From Nitrosopumilus sp. (GTDB lineage Archaea; Thermoproteota; Nitrososphaeria; Nitrososphaerales; Nitrosopumilaceae), in the NCBI GenBank assembly GCA_963667665.2, contig OY763927.2:1216001-1280000 (forward strand): a DNA stretch of 64,000 nt, given 5' to 3'. This document shows, piece after piece, positions 38,881-46,792 of the stretch. Both the position numbers and the translations under genes were made by a program. Each line of letters begins with the position of its first letter. The stretch's first letter is position 1. Below the pieces are notes generated by a model. The model did not search any database. It had not been told where the DNA came from and saw only the letters and a list, made by a program, of their open reading frames with translations.

Positions 38881-39713
38881 CTCGAATGTTAAAAAAAGCA
38901 CTAGAAAACGCTCTCACATCAGAAGAAAGTGATGAGTTAATCTCAGCCTTTGATCAGATAGGAGATATAATTATTGTAAGAATTCCTGATTCTCTATTAT
39001 CAAAGAAAAAAATCATTGGTGAAACTTTGCTAAATGAGGTAAAAGTTGCTAGAAGTGTTTTTTATCAGGCATCAGATGTAGAAGGAGATTTTCGTACAAG
39101 AAACCTAGAGATTCTGGCAGGAGAAGAAAATACTGAAACAGAATATAAGGAATTTGGCTGTAAATTTTTAGTAGATGTTGAAAATGCATTTTTTTCACCT
39201 AGACTTTCGACAGAAAGAGAGAGAATTGCAAATTTAATTCAGGATGGAGAAGTGATTTCCAACATGTTTGCAGGAGTAGGAATGTTTTCTATAATGGCTG
39301 CAAAAAAGAAAAAATGTACTGTTTATAGTATTGACATCAATCCAGTTGCATCAAAGTTGTGTGAAAAAAATATTGAATTAAACAAACTTGTTGGAGAAGT
39401 GATTTCAATAAATGGTGACGCATCAGAAATTATCAAAAAACAACTAGTTAACAAATCTGATAGAACATTGATGTTGTTACCTGAAAGATCTGATGAATTT
39501 TTAGAATCTGCAATAAATACAACCAAAAATGGAGGCATTATTCATTATTATTCACATATTCATGCAGATAAAAAATCAGAAGCAGGAAAACTTTCAGAAG
39601 AACATTATCTTCAAGTAACACCAGTACAATCAGAAATTCTAAGTTCAAAAATTGTCAGAGCAGTGGGTCCTAGATATTATCAAACAGTAGTAGATGTAAA
39701 AATTTCAAAATAA
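38877..39713 (+). CDS. Trm5/Taw2 (Met-10+-like) tRNA-modifying SAM-dependent transferase
   Basis: FDQIGDIII, FFSPRLSTER, NMFAGVG, IDINP. Confidence 0.88.
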   Translation: MTRMLKKALENALTSEESDELISAFDQIGDIIIVRIPDSLLSKKKIIGETLLNEVKVARSVFYQASDVEGDFRTRNLEILAGEENTETEYKEFGCKFLVDVENAFFSPRLSTERERIANLIQDGEVISNMFAGVGMFSIMAAKKKKCTVYSIDINPVASKLCEKNIELNKLVGEVISINGDASEIIKKQLVNKSDRTLMLLPERSDEFLESAINTTKNGGIIHYYSHIHADKKSEAGKLSEEHYLQVTPVQSEILSSKIVRAVGPRYYQTVVDVKISK

Positions 39714-39714
39714 A

Positions 39715-39933
39715 CTAATCATCAGATGTAATTGATGCAGATGAAGGTTTTGTTGTTGCCATCACATATCCAATCCATGCAACTACTGCAAGAATTGCCC
39801 CTGCAAGCATCAATACAGACAATTGTAATACAATTGGACTCCATTCAGAGAGCATCAACAGATATGCATAAAGAAAGAATCCACCTATGCAAAGAATGAA
39901 AATGGTGATGCCAGTCCCTTTACGTTTGTCCAT
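39715..39933 (-). CDS. Small two-TM membrane protein
   Basis: 72-aa ORF with two hydrophobic helices, WIGYVMATT. Confidence 0.7.
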   Translation of the reverse strand: MDKRKGTGITIFILCIGGFFLYAYLLMLSEWSPIVLQLSVLMLAGAILAVVAWIGYVMATTKPSSASITSDD

Positions 39934-39970
39934 TACGATGAATTTTTTGTGAGTTATTTATTGGTTTGAA

Positions 39971-40468
39971 CTAATTCAATTCTATTGCCATTAGATATGC
40001 ATCTTCACCATCTCGATAGTAAGCATTTAGTTGTTGTCTAATAACAAAACCAAGTTTTTCATATAGCCTCACAGCATCATTATTACTACATCTGACTTCC
40101 AGGTGAAATTCATCACAATTTTTTAATTTTATACCCTTTACTGATTCTTCAACAAGTACATTTCCTATTCCTTTCTTTCTATAATCATCAAGAACTGCAA
40201 TAGATACTACATGACCTTTTTTTACAAAACCTAATTTCTTAAAATTTGAAAAACCATATTCAGTTTTACACATAATATAACCAACATGTTTTCCTCCAAT
40301 TTCTGCAACAATAAATGCCTCAGGAATTTCTGCAAGTAAACTTTCATAAAAATAATCAGAATAATGTTCAGGGAGTGTTTTCAAATTAATTTCCATGATA
40401 GGAATCAGATCGCTTGGTTCTGCTCGTCTAATATTGCAATCACCTAATTGTCTTAGAATTACTTGCAT
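39971..40468 (-). CDS. Ard1/RimI-type N-terminal acetyltransferase
   Basis: LPEHY, GHVVSIAV, LEVRCSN, YYRDGEDAYLM; ATG at 40468. Confidence 0.93.
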   Translation of the reverse strand: MQVILRQLGDCNIRRAEPSDLIPIMEINLKTLPEHYSDYFYESLLAEIPEAFIVAEIGGKHVGYIMCKTEYGFSNFKKLGFVKKGHVVSIAVLDDYRKKGIGNVLVEESVKGIKLKNCDEFHLEVRCSNNDAVRLYEKLGFVIRQQLNAYYRDGEDAYLMAIELN

Positions 40469-40518
40469 GCTATAACATATTTGTATCAATATTTAATTTT
40501 AAACCAGAAAGCCATTTA

Positions 40519-41652
40519 ATGGAAAGATTTAGTCTTAAACAGATGGAAGAGGATTCACAAGAAGAGGTTATTTCATTCGTAAATGCCATATTTGAGGTAA
40601 GTGATTTTATTAAAACAGAATTTTCATTAGAATTTAAAATTGAGGATTTAGAATTCAAATCAAAATTTGTGGATTTAGCAAGAAAGTTAGAAAATCGGGA
40701 TTATGCATGTAAGTTAGAAGAGATAGATGGTAGCAAATACGTCATTGTTCAAAAATTCACTCTAAGAAAACAAGGGAAAATAATGAGTTCATCATGGACT
40801 CCTCGAATTTTGTTTGCAATTGTCATTTCATTTGTGATGTTTGATGGATACTATAGAACATCATTGGCAAATTCGGTTGTAGAAATTGGGAATCCTCTAG
40901 AAATGGCAATATTTTACACATTAGCAGTAATGGGAATTTTAGGAATTCATGAACTGGGTCACATTGTTGCTGCAAAAGTACATAGACTAAAAACTACTTG
41001 GCCATATTTTCTTCCAGGAATACCAATATTTGGCATTCCAACATTTGGGGCATTTATTCAGTCAAGAGGACTGACAATTAATCGAGAAATTTTATTTGAT
41101 GTTGCTATTGCAGGTCCTATTGCAGGATTGGTAATTGCAGTAATAGTTTCAATTTATGGAGCATACACTGCACCAATTTTAGATCCAGAATTTGCTGCAG
41201 AGTTATTTGCAGAATCCAGATTGATTGATCGTGGTCTAGGAGAACCATTGTTAATGACTGCTAGTTTAGCAATGTTTGGTAAAGGAGCATGGTATGGGCA
41301 GATCATACTCAGTACACCTCTTATGTTTGCAGCTTGGATTGGATTTTTAATTACATTTTTGAACTTATTGCCGGCATGGCAATTAGATGGAGGACATATG
41401 GCACGAACATTACTTAGTCCAAAAATGCATAGATATGCAACTTATGGTAGTGTTGGAATTCTTGTTTTGTTAAATTATTGGCCAATGGCAATATTGATTC
41501 TTGTGATGAGTTCAAGAAGTCCTAGTGCATCTCCACTGGATAATGTATCACCACTTTCAAGAAATAGAAAACTTGCATACATTGGAATTATAATATTAGC
41601 AATTTTATGCGCGCCGTTACCAACAAGTTTTTTGCCTGGATTTTTATCTTAA
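40519..41652 (+). CDS. Site-2 protease (M50) family metalloprotease
   Basis: HELGH, AGP, NLLPAWQLDGG. Confidence 0.93.
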   Translation: MERFSLKQMEEDSQEEVISFVNAIFEVSDFIKTEFSLEFKIEDLEFKSKFVDLARKLENRDYACKLEEIDGSKYVIVQKFTLRKQGKIMSSSWTPRILFAIVISFVMFDGYYRTSLANSVVEIGNPLEMAIFYTLAVMGILGIHELGHIVAAKVHRLKTTWPYFLPGIPIFGIPTFGAFIQSRGLTINREILFDVAIAGPIAGLVIAVIVSIYGAYTAPILDPEFAAELFAESRLIDRGLGEPLLMTASLAMFGKGAWYGQIILSTPLMFAAWIGFLITFLNLLPAWQLDGGHMARTLLSPKMHRYATYGSVGILVLLNYWPMAILILVMSSRSPSASPLDNVSPLSRNRKLAYIGIIILAILCAPLPTSFLPGFLS

Positions 41653-42726
41653 CAAAAGTCTAGCACCATCAGTAACTACTGTAACTTTTTGTTTTGCACC
41701 TTGTGTTTTGAGAATATAGTCCAGGGAATATTTTATACCTTGCAAAGAAATCATGTTAAGTTTCTTTGCATAAAATTCTGGAAGAATTGAAACTAGACTA
41801 ATTTGAAAATTCTTTTGAACTTCTGAAAGAAATAACAAATCTTCCATTCCACTAATGTATTTTGTAGGATTTTGGAGTTGTTCTAAAGTTAATCTATCTT
41901 CAATGTATTGTTGAATAGCATCAGAACCTAAACCACCTTTACATTCAGCCACTAAAATAGCAAGACCATCTTTTTTGATTGCATTAGAACAATTCCAAAG
42001 TGAAGAAAAAGATTTTCCTAGATTATCATTACTTGCATCTTTACCAGTACTAATTATCATTGTTTTATGTTGACCTATATCTTTGATTGAATGTGATTCC
42101 ATAATTTTAGTTGTAGAAATAGTTTCTGAAGGATGACCTATAGAAAAATCAATTATGCCTTTAGAATTTGCAATTATTTCAATTCCTTGAATTTCAAAAT
42201 TATTTGTGAATTTTTTTGCTTCATCTAAACTTTCAGGATATTGACCGGGTGTTGGAAGATTTCCTTGTCTTTTTGCATATGCTGAAAGCATTGATTCTAG
42301 ACCAAATTTTTTGATAAGACGAGTAGAAATGGTTTCATAACCAAATAGTCCATCAAATTCCATTTCAGCCATAAATACAAGATTAGAATTTGAAATACCA
42401 ACATCATCAAATTCATTAATTGAACTTCCTTCAGGTAATCCTGCTTTGACTAAATTTAGAATTTTTTTATCAGTTAGAATTTTTGGAAAAGGTTTTGATT
42501 TTTGCTCACACAAAGTAAACAATGATGAAATAATTTTTTGAATAGATTTTGAATTATGTAAAACTACAAGTTCCATTGGTTTTGATAAATCAAGTGTATT
42601 GAGTTTTTCATTAATCATTGAATCTTCCAAAATTTCACCTTCAGAATCAATTTTTTGCTCTAAATTCTCTGCTCTTATATCCAAAACAACGTCTGTAATA
42701 CCATAATTTAACCAAATTTCAGGCAT
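41644..42726 (-). CDS. LarA (lactate racemase)-like protein, degenerate
   Basis: IWLNYG N-terminus; AIKKDGLAILVAECKGGLG C-domain pattern. Confidence 0.65.
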   Translation of the reverse strand: MPEIWLNYGITDVVLDIRAENLEQKIDSEGEILEDSMINEKLNTLDLSKPMELVVLHNSKSIQKIISSLFTLCEQKSKPFPKILTDKKILNLVKAGLPEGSSINEFDDVGISNSNLVFMAEMEFDGLFGYETISTRLIKKFGLESMLSAYAKRQGNLPTPGQYPESLDEAKKFTNNFEIQGIEIIANSKGIIDFSIGHPSETISTTKIMESHSIKDIGQHKTMIISTGKDASNDNLGKSFSSLWNCSNAIKKDGLAILVAECKGGLGSDAIQQYIEDRLTLEQLQNPTKYISGMEDLLFLSEVQKNFQISLVSILPEFYAKKLNMISLQGIKYSLDYILKTQGAKQKVTVVTDGARLLLR

Positions 42727-42776
42727 AATTCATAGATAATACAAACCAAAATAAATCCAGTGTAGTTAATTTTGGT

Positions 42777-43382
42777 ATGGACTTTGTTAAAGAGTTTGCA
42801 ACATTTTTGCATCAAAATGGCATTATAAAATTTGGAGACTTTACACTTGCTAGTGGAAAAAAGAGTTCATACTATGTAGATTTGAGACTAGTTCCAAGCT
42901 ATCCCCATGAATTTAGAAAAATGGTAAAATATCTTGAAAATGAGATTGTACAAAATATTGGATTAGATAAATTTGATTCTATTGTTTCAGTACCAACAGG
43001 TGGTTTGGTAATTGCATCAGCATTAGCTATTGAAACAGTCAAACCACTAATCTATGTAAGAAGTAAACCAAAAGATTATGGGACTTCAAAATCAGTTGAA
43101 GGAAAAATTCATGATGGAATGGAAGTGATCATGATTGATGATGTTGCAACTACTGGTAGTTCAGTTGCAAATGCAATAAAATCACTAAAAGAAGTCAATG
43201 TTTCTGTAAAAGATGCATATGTAATTGTTAATAGAATGGAGGGAGCAGATGAGGCATTATTGGAATTAGGAGTAAAGATGTATTCAATTCTAAATATTTT
43301 ACAAATCACAGAAGTATTGTACGAACAAAATCTTGTTGATGAGAGTACTTTAGAAAAAGTGAAAAATCAAATTAGTAAATGA
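42777..43382 (+). CDS. pyrE: Orotate phosphoribosyltransferase
   Basis: FTLASGKKSSYYVDLR, MIDDVATTGSS. Confidence 0.96.
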   Translation: MDFVKEFATFLHQNGIIKFGDFTLASGKKSSYYVDLRLVPSYPHEFRKMVKYLENEIVQNIGLDKFDSIVSVPTGGLVIASALAIETVKPLIYVRSKPKDYGTSKSVEGKIHDGMEVIMIDDVATTGSSVANAIKSLKEVNVSVKDAYVIVNRMEGADEALLELGVKMYSILNILQITEVLYEQNLVDESTLEKVKNQISK

Positions 43383-43494
43383 GTTTTGGCAGCTCAGACA
43401 AATGCCTTCCAATCATCATTCAGATATAACTCTGATTCTTCATTGCAGCCAGTAAATTTTGGATTTGCTTGTTTTAAAACTAATGGAAATTATA

Positions 43495-43568
43495 TGGGCC
43501 CGAAGGGCTTCGATCCCTTGGCTCACCGGTTATGAGCCGGTTACTCTACCAAGCTGAGTTACGGGCCC
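43495..43568 (-). tRNA. tRNA with CAT anticodon, most likely tRNA-Ile2 (agmatidine type)
   Basis: GGGCCCG acceptor (Ile-like, not the initiator AGCGGG type); ACCGG-CTCATAA-CCGGT; discriminator A. Confidence 0.88.
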
Positions 43569-43609
43569 TAAGCAGATGAATTTTTTCTCAGATATAAAAT
43601 GTTATGAGA

Positions 43610-44242
43610 TTAACAGTATTCTTCATAACAACTATCAAGCAACAAGTTTTGTGCAGAAATAGATTTGTCTGCAATTTCAAGCAAGTTGTTAGAGTCAGTT
43701 GAAGATTTTTCTAGTATATTTCTCCATGATGCAGTATGTCTAATGTCAGCTTCTGTATGGAGTTTGAAGTATTCTGTCGCTTCATCACTAGTCATTCCAT
43801 AGAATTCTGCTAATCCATCAAGTTTTGTTTGACTGATTTTAGGAATTTCTTTTTCAAAAGCATACATTGCACATGAACCACCCTCATAGGTATTCATTAA
43901 TTCATTCAAATCAGAAACAGCCTTACAAGTTTTGGTTAATCCAGTGTATGAAGTTAATTCATCTTCAGATACACCAAGCTCGACTGCAAAGTCGATCCAC
44001 AATTGTACATGATCAGATTCTTCTTGTTGGTTTGCAATTAATTCACTAATTACAGAATCAGGTGCTTTTTCAATAATTGGAGTCATAAAAGATGGAACTG
44101 CTTTTACAAGTTGAAAATATTCTTTAGAATAACCTGCCAAAGATTCCTGTGTTAACTTTCCATCAGACCACATCTGGTAAAATGGATGTTTAAGTAAACT
44201 TCGTTCTTCAATCATTTCATCAATTCTTTTTATTATATTCAT
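43610..44242 (-). CDS. CADD-like (PqqC/TenA heme-oxygenase-like fold) diiron protein, putative pABA synthase
   Basis: LLKHPFYQMW, EESDH, YAFEKEIP, TKLDGL, YFKLHTEADIRH. Confidence 0.82.
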   Translation of the reverse strand: MNIIKRIDEMIEERSLLKHPFYQMWSDGKLTQESLAGYSKEYFQLVKAVPSFMTPIIEKAPDSVISELIANQQEESDHVQLWIDFAVELGVSEDELTSYTGLTKTCKAVSDLNELMNTYEGGSCAMYAFEKEIPKISQTKLDGLAEFYGMTSDEATEYFKLHTEADIRHTASWRNILEKSSTDSNNLLEIADKSISAQNLLLDSCYEEYC

Positions 44243-44321
44243 GTACCATCTCCAAATTTGCCAATAAAAAATCTTTGTGGTTTACAAAAGATTTTATGGA
44301 CAAAATACTGAATTTTCTTGG

Positions 44322-44415
44322 GTTCCAGTGGTGTAGACCGGTCAAGCATTTTGCCCTTTCAAGGCAAAGATCCCGGGTTCAAAATCAAACGATGAAAATC
44401 CCGGCTGGAGCACCA
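44322..44415 (+). tRNA. tRNA-Glu(TTC) with a 15-nt non-canonical intron at 59/60 (44384-44398) and encoded CCA
   Basis: GTTCCAG/CTGGAGC acceptor; TTGCC-CTTTCAA-GGCAA; T-loop interrupted by a bulge-helix-bulge. Confidence 0.92.
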
Positions 44416-44429
44416 AGATTTAATTACTA

Positions 44430-45308
44430 TTGAGAAAGTTTTTTGATCAGACCATTTTGGATAGAAAAAATATTGAGATTAATCCTCTACTTGAGACATA
44501 TGGTAAATATATTGAAAAAATAGATCAGGCTTTAAAGAAAGAACTAGATCTTTATTCTGAATCGGAATTCATTGAACCACTAAAATATTCCTTAGATGGA
44601 GGAAAGCGAATCAGACCTATTATTTTGACCTTGGCTGCTGAAAGCGTGGGTGAAATTGATGAAAATATATTTTCAGCGTCATGCGCTGTTGAATTTTTAC
44701 ATATGGAATCAATCATTCATGATGACATTATTGATAATGAAACAATGAGAAGACAAAAAGATCCTTTTCATATCAAATATGGATACAACACAAGCGTCCT
44801 TACTGGAGACTTTGTTTTAGGATTAATTCTTGCAATATCTTCTAGATTAAACAATCCAAGAATTACAAAAGATTTGGCTACTACTGCTATGTTAATGAGT
44901 GAAGGAGAAATGATTGAAAGTAGATTAGAAACTAGTGAAGATGTTACATTTGCAGATTACCTCAAAGTAATTGAATACAAAACAGCAACTGCATTTGAAG
45001 TTGCAGCTAGAATAGGTGCAATTATTGCAAATGGAACAGAAGAGCAAATTGAGGCATTAACGAGATATGGAAAAAATATTGGAATTGCATATCAAATTAG
45101 AGATGATTTGCTAGATTGGAAAAATGAAGACAAATTGTTTAATTTGTTAATCAAGAAAAGTGTAGACCCAAGAGATGTTTTTGACAAAATGGAAGATATG
45201 TTAAAAGAGTATTCTGAAAAAGCGAGATCTCATTTAAGAAAGCTTCCAGAAAATGATGCAAAAATAAATCTAGATAATTTAATTAAGTTAACTTCGTTTA
45301 AGGCGTAA
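44430..45308 (+). CDS. Polyprenyl diphosphate synthase (probably medium-chain, quinone side chain)
   Basis: GGKRIRP, MESIIHDDIID, KTA, YQIRDDLLD; start uncertain. Confidence 0.9.
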   Translation: MRKFFDQTILDRKNIEINPLLETYGKYIEKIDQALKKELDLYSESEFIEPLKYSLDGGKRIRPIILTLAAESVGEIDENIFSASCAVEFLHMESIIHDDIIDNETMRRQKDPFHIKYGYNTSVLTGDFVLGLILAISSRLNNPRITKDLATTAMLMSEGEMIESRLETSEDVTFADYLKVIEYKTATAFEVAARIGAIIANGTEEQIEALTRYGKNIGIAYQIRDDLLDWKNEDKLFNLLIKKSVDPRDVFDKMEDMLKEYSEKARSHLRKLPENDAKINLDNLIKLTSFKA

Positions 45309-46782
45309 AGTCTGAACTAATTACTGGAGTTGCAAATTCTACAAATTGCATAAGTGGTTCTGGGAATACACCAAATCCAATCAAGAAAATCATTGAGAAG
45401 ATCATTACAGCAATAATTGGTTTTGATTCTTTAACTCTCTTCTGTGTTTCTCCTTCAAAGTACATCTTTCTGGTAATCCAACCATAGTAAGCAAGTGATA
45501 ATGCACTGTTAAGTACACCAGCTATTGCAAGCCATGGTGCCCACCATAATGTAGAACCAGCATCTAGTGCACTACCAAACAACATCAATTTACTCCAAAA
45601 TCCTGAAAGTGGAGGAACACCAGCAAGTGCAAATAGTGAGATAACCAAAGCTAGGGCAGTAATTGGCATTCTTCTTCCAAGTCCCTGTAGTTTATCGAGA
45701 TGAGTTACTGCAAGAGTTGTTACAATTCCTGCAATTGCAATAAAGGCCATACCTTTCATTACTGCATGATTTAGAATATGGTACAGTGAACCTTGTAAAC
45801 CAAGGGAACTATGAGGTGCAACTGCTAGTCCAATCAAAATGTATCCAGCGTGCGCTATGCTAGAATATGCCAACATTCTAGTGAGATTCTTTTGCATGAT
45901 TGCAGCAATATTACCAATAGTCATCGTCATTACTGCAAGAACACCAAGAGCTAATGTCCAATCAAGATTTAGAACAACTATACCAAGAACAATAATTCTA
46001 ATTGCTGCAGCAAATCCTACTTTCTTTGTTCCTGCTGCAAGAAGAGCAGCAATTGGTGGTGGTGCTCCCTCATATGTGTCAGGAAGCCATTGGTGGAAAG
46101 GTACGAGTCCCATCTTGAATCCAAATCCTGCAATAAACATTCCAACTGAAAGTAAAGCAAGTGGTAACAGAGACGGATCAAGTGTTGAATAACCTTGAAT
46201 TACTTCTCCAATGTTTGTAGAACCAGTTAATCCATATGAGATTGAAATTCCGTAAACTATGATTGCAGATGATAATGCACCAAACAAGAAATATTTTAGA
46301 GCAGCCTCATTAGAGCTTGGATTCTTTTTAATAAATCCAACCAACATGTATGTTGGAAGACTCATGAGCTCCCATGCAACAAATAGCATTACCAAGTCAG
46401 TAGAATATGCTACTAACACCATACCAATTGTTGCAAGTAGAATTAGAGAATAGTAAACAGCAGGAGAGTTATGTTTTCTCATGTAATTAAAAGAGCCAAC
46501 AGTAGTGAACAAAGCAACAATTAACATTGCTATTGCAAATAATCCACCAAAGGCATCATCTACAAGTACATCTTCTGAGAAAAGTGCAGCCGCTGCTACA
46601 TTATCATTAAGGAACTGGTATCCAACATAACCCATTGATACAATTAATGCTGCAAATGCAATTACCGCATAAAATGTGTTAGAACCTTGTTCTTTTCTTG
46701 CAATACTAATGATTGGAATAAGAATTCCAACGGTTCCAAGAATCGCCATTATTACCAGTGGGGTAGAAGTAATTTCTAACAT
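45298..46782 (-). CDS. nuoN: Complex I subunit N
   Basis: EAALKYF, FKMGLVPFHQWLPDTYEGAP, RMLAYSSIAH. Confidence 0.95.
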   Translation of the reverse strand: MLEITSTPLVIMAILGTVGILIPIISIARKEQGSNTFYAVIAFAALIVSMGYVGYQFLNDNVAAAALFSEDVLVDDAFGGLFAIAMLIVALFTTVGSFNYMRKHNSPAVYYSLILLATIGMVLVAYSTDLVMLFVAWELMSLPTYMLVGFIKKNPSSNEAALKYFLFGALSSAIIVYGISISYGLTGSTNIGEVIQGYSTLDPSLLPLALLSVGMFIAGFGFKMGLVPFHQWLPDTYEGAPPPIAALLAAGTKKVGFAAAIRIIVLGIVVLNLDWTLALGVLAVMTMTIGNIAAIMQKNLTRMLAYSSIAHAGYILIGLAVAPHSSLGLQGSLYHILNHAVMKGMAFIAIAGIVTTLAVTHLDKLQGLGRRMPITALALVISLFALAGVPPLSGFWSKLMLFGSALDAGSTLWWAPWLAIAGVLNSALSLAYYGWITRKMYFEGETQKRVKESKPIIAVMIFSMIFLIGFGVFPEPLMQFVEFATPVISSDFTP

Positions 46783-46792
46783 CTCATATCAC

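Noticed and set aside
43394-43489. 31-codon open stretch (FPLVLKQANPKFTGCNEESELYLNDDWKAFV) on the minus strand after the CAT tRNA
   Set aside because: No start codon and no recognisable homology; could be a gene remnant but cannot be supported
43610-44242. PqqC / PQQ biosynthesis
   Set aside because: No pqqA/B/D/E in the window; motifs match CADD better
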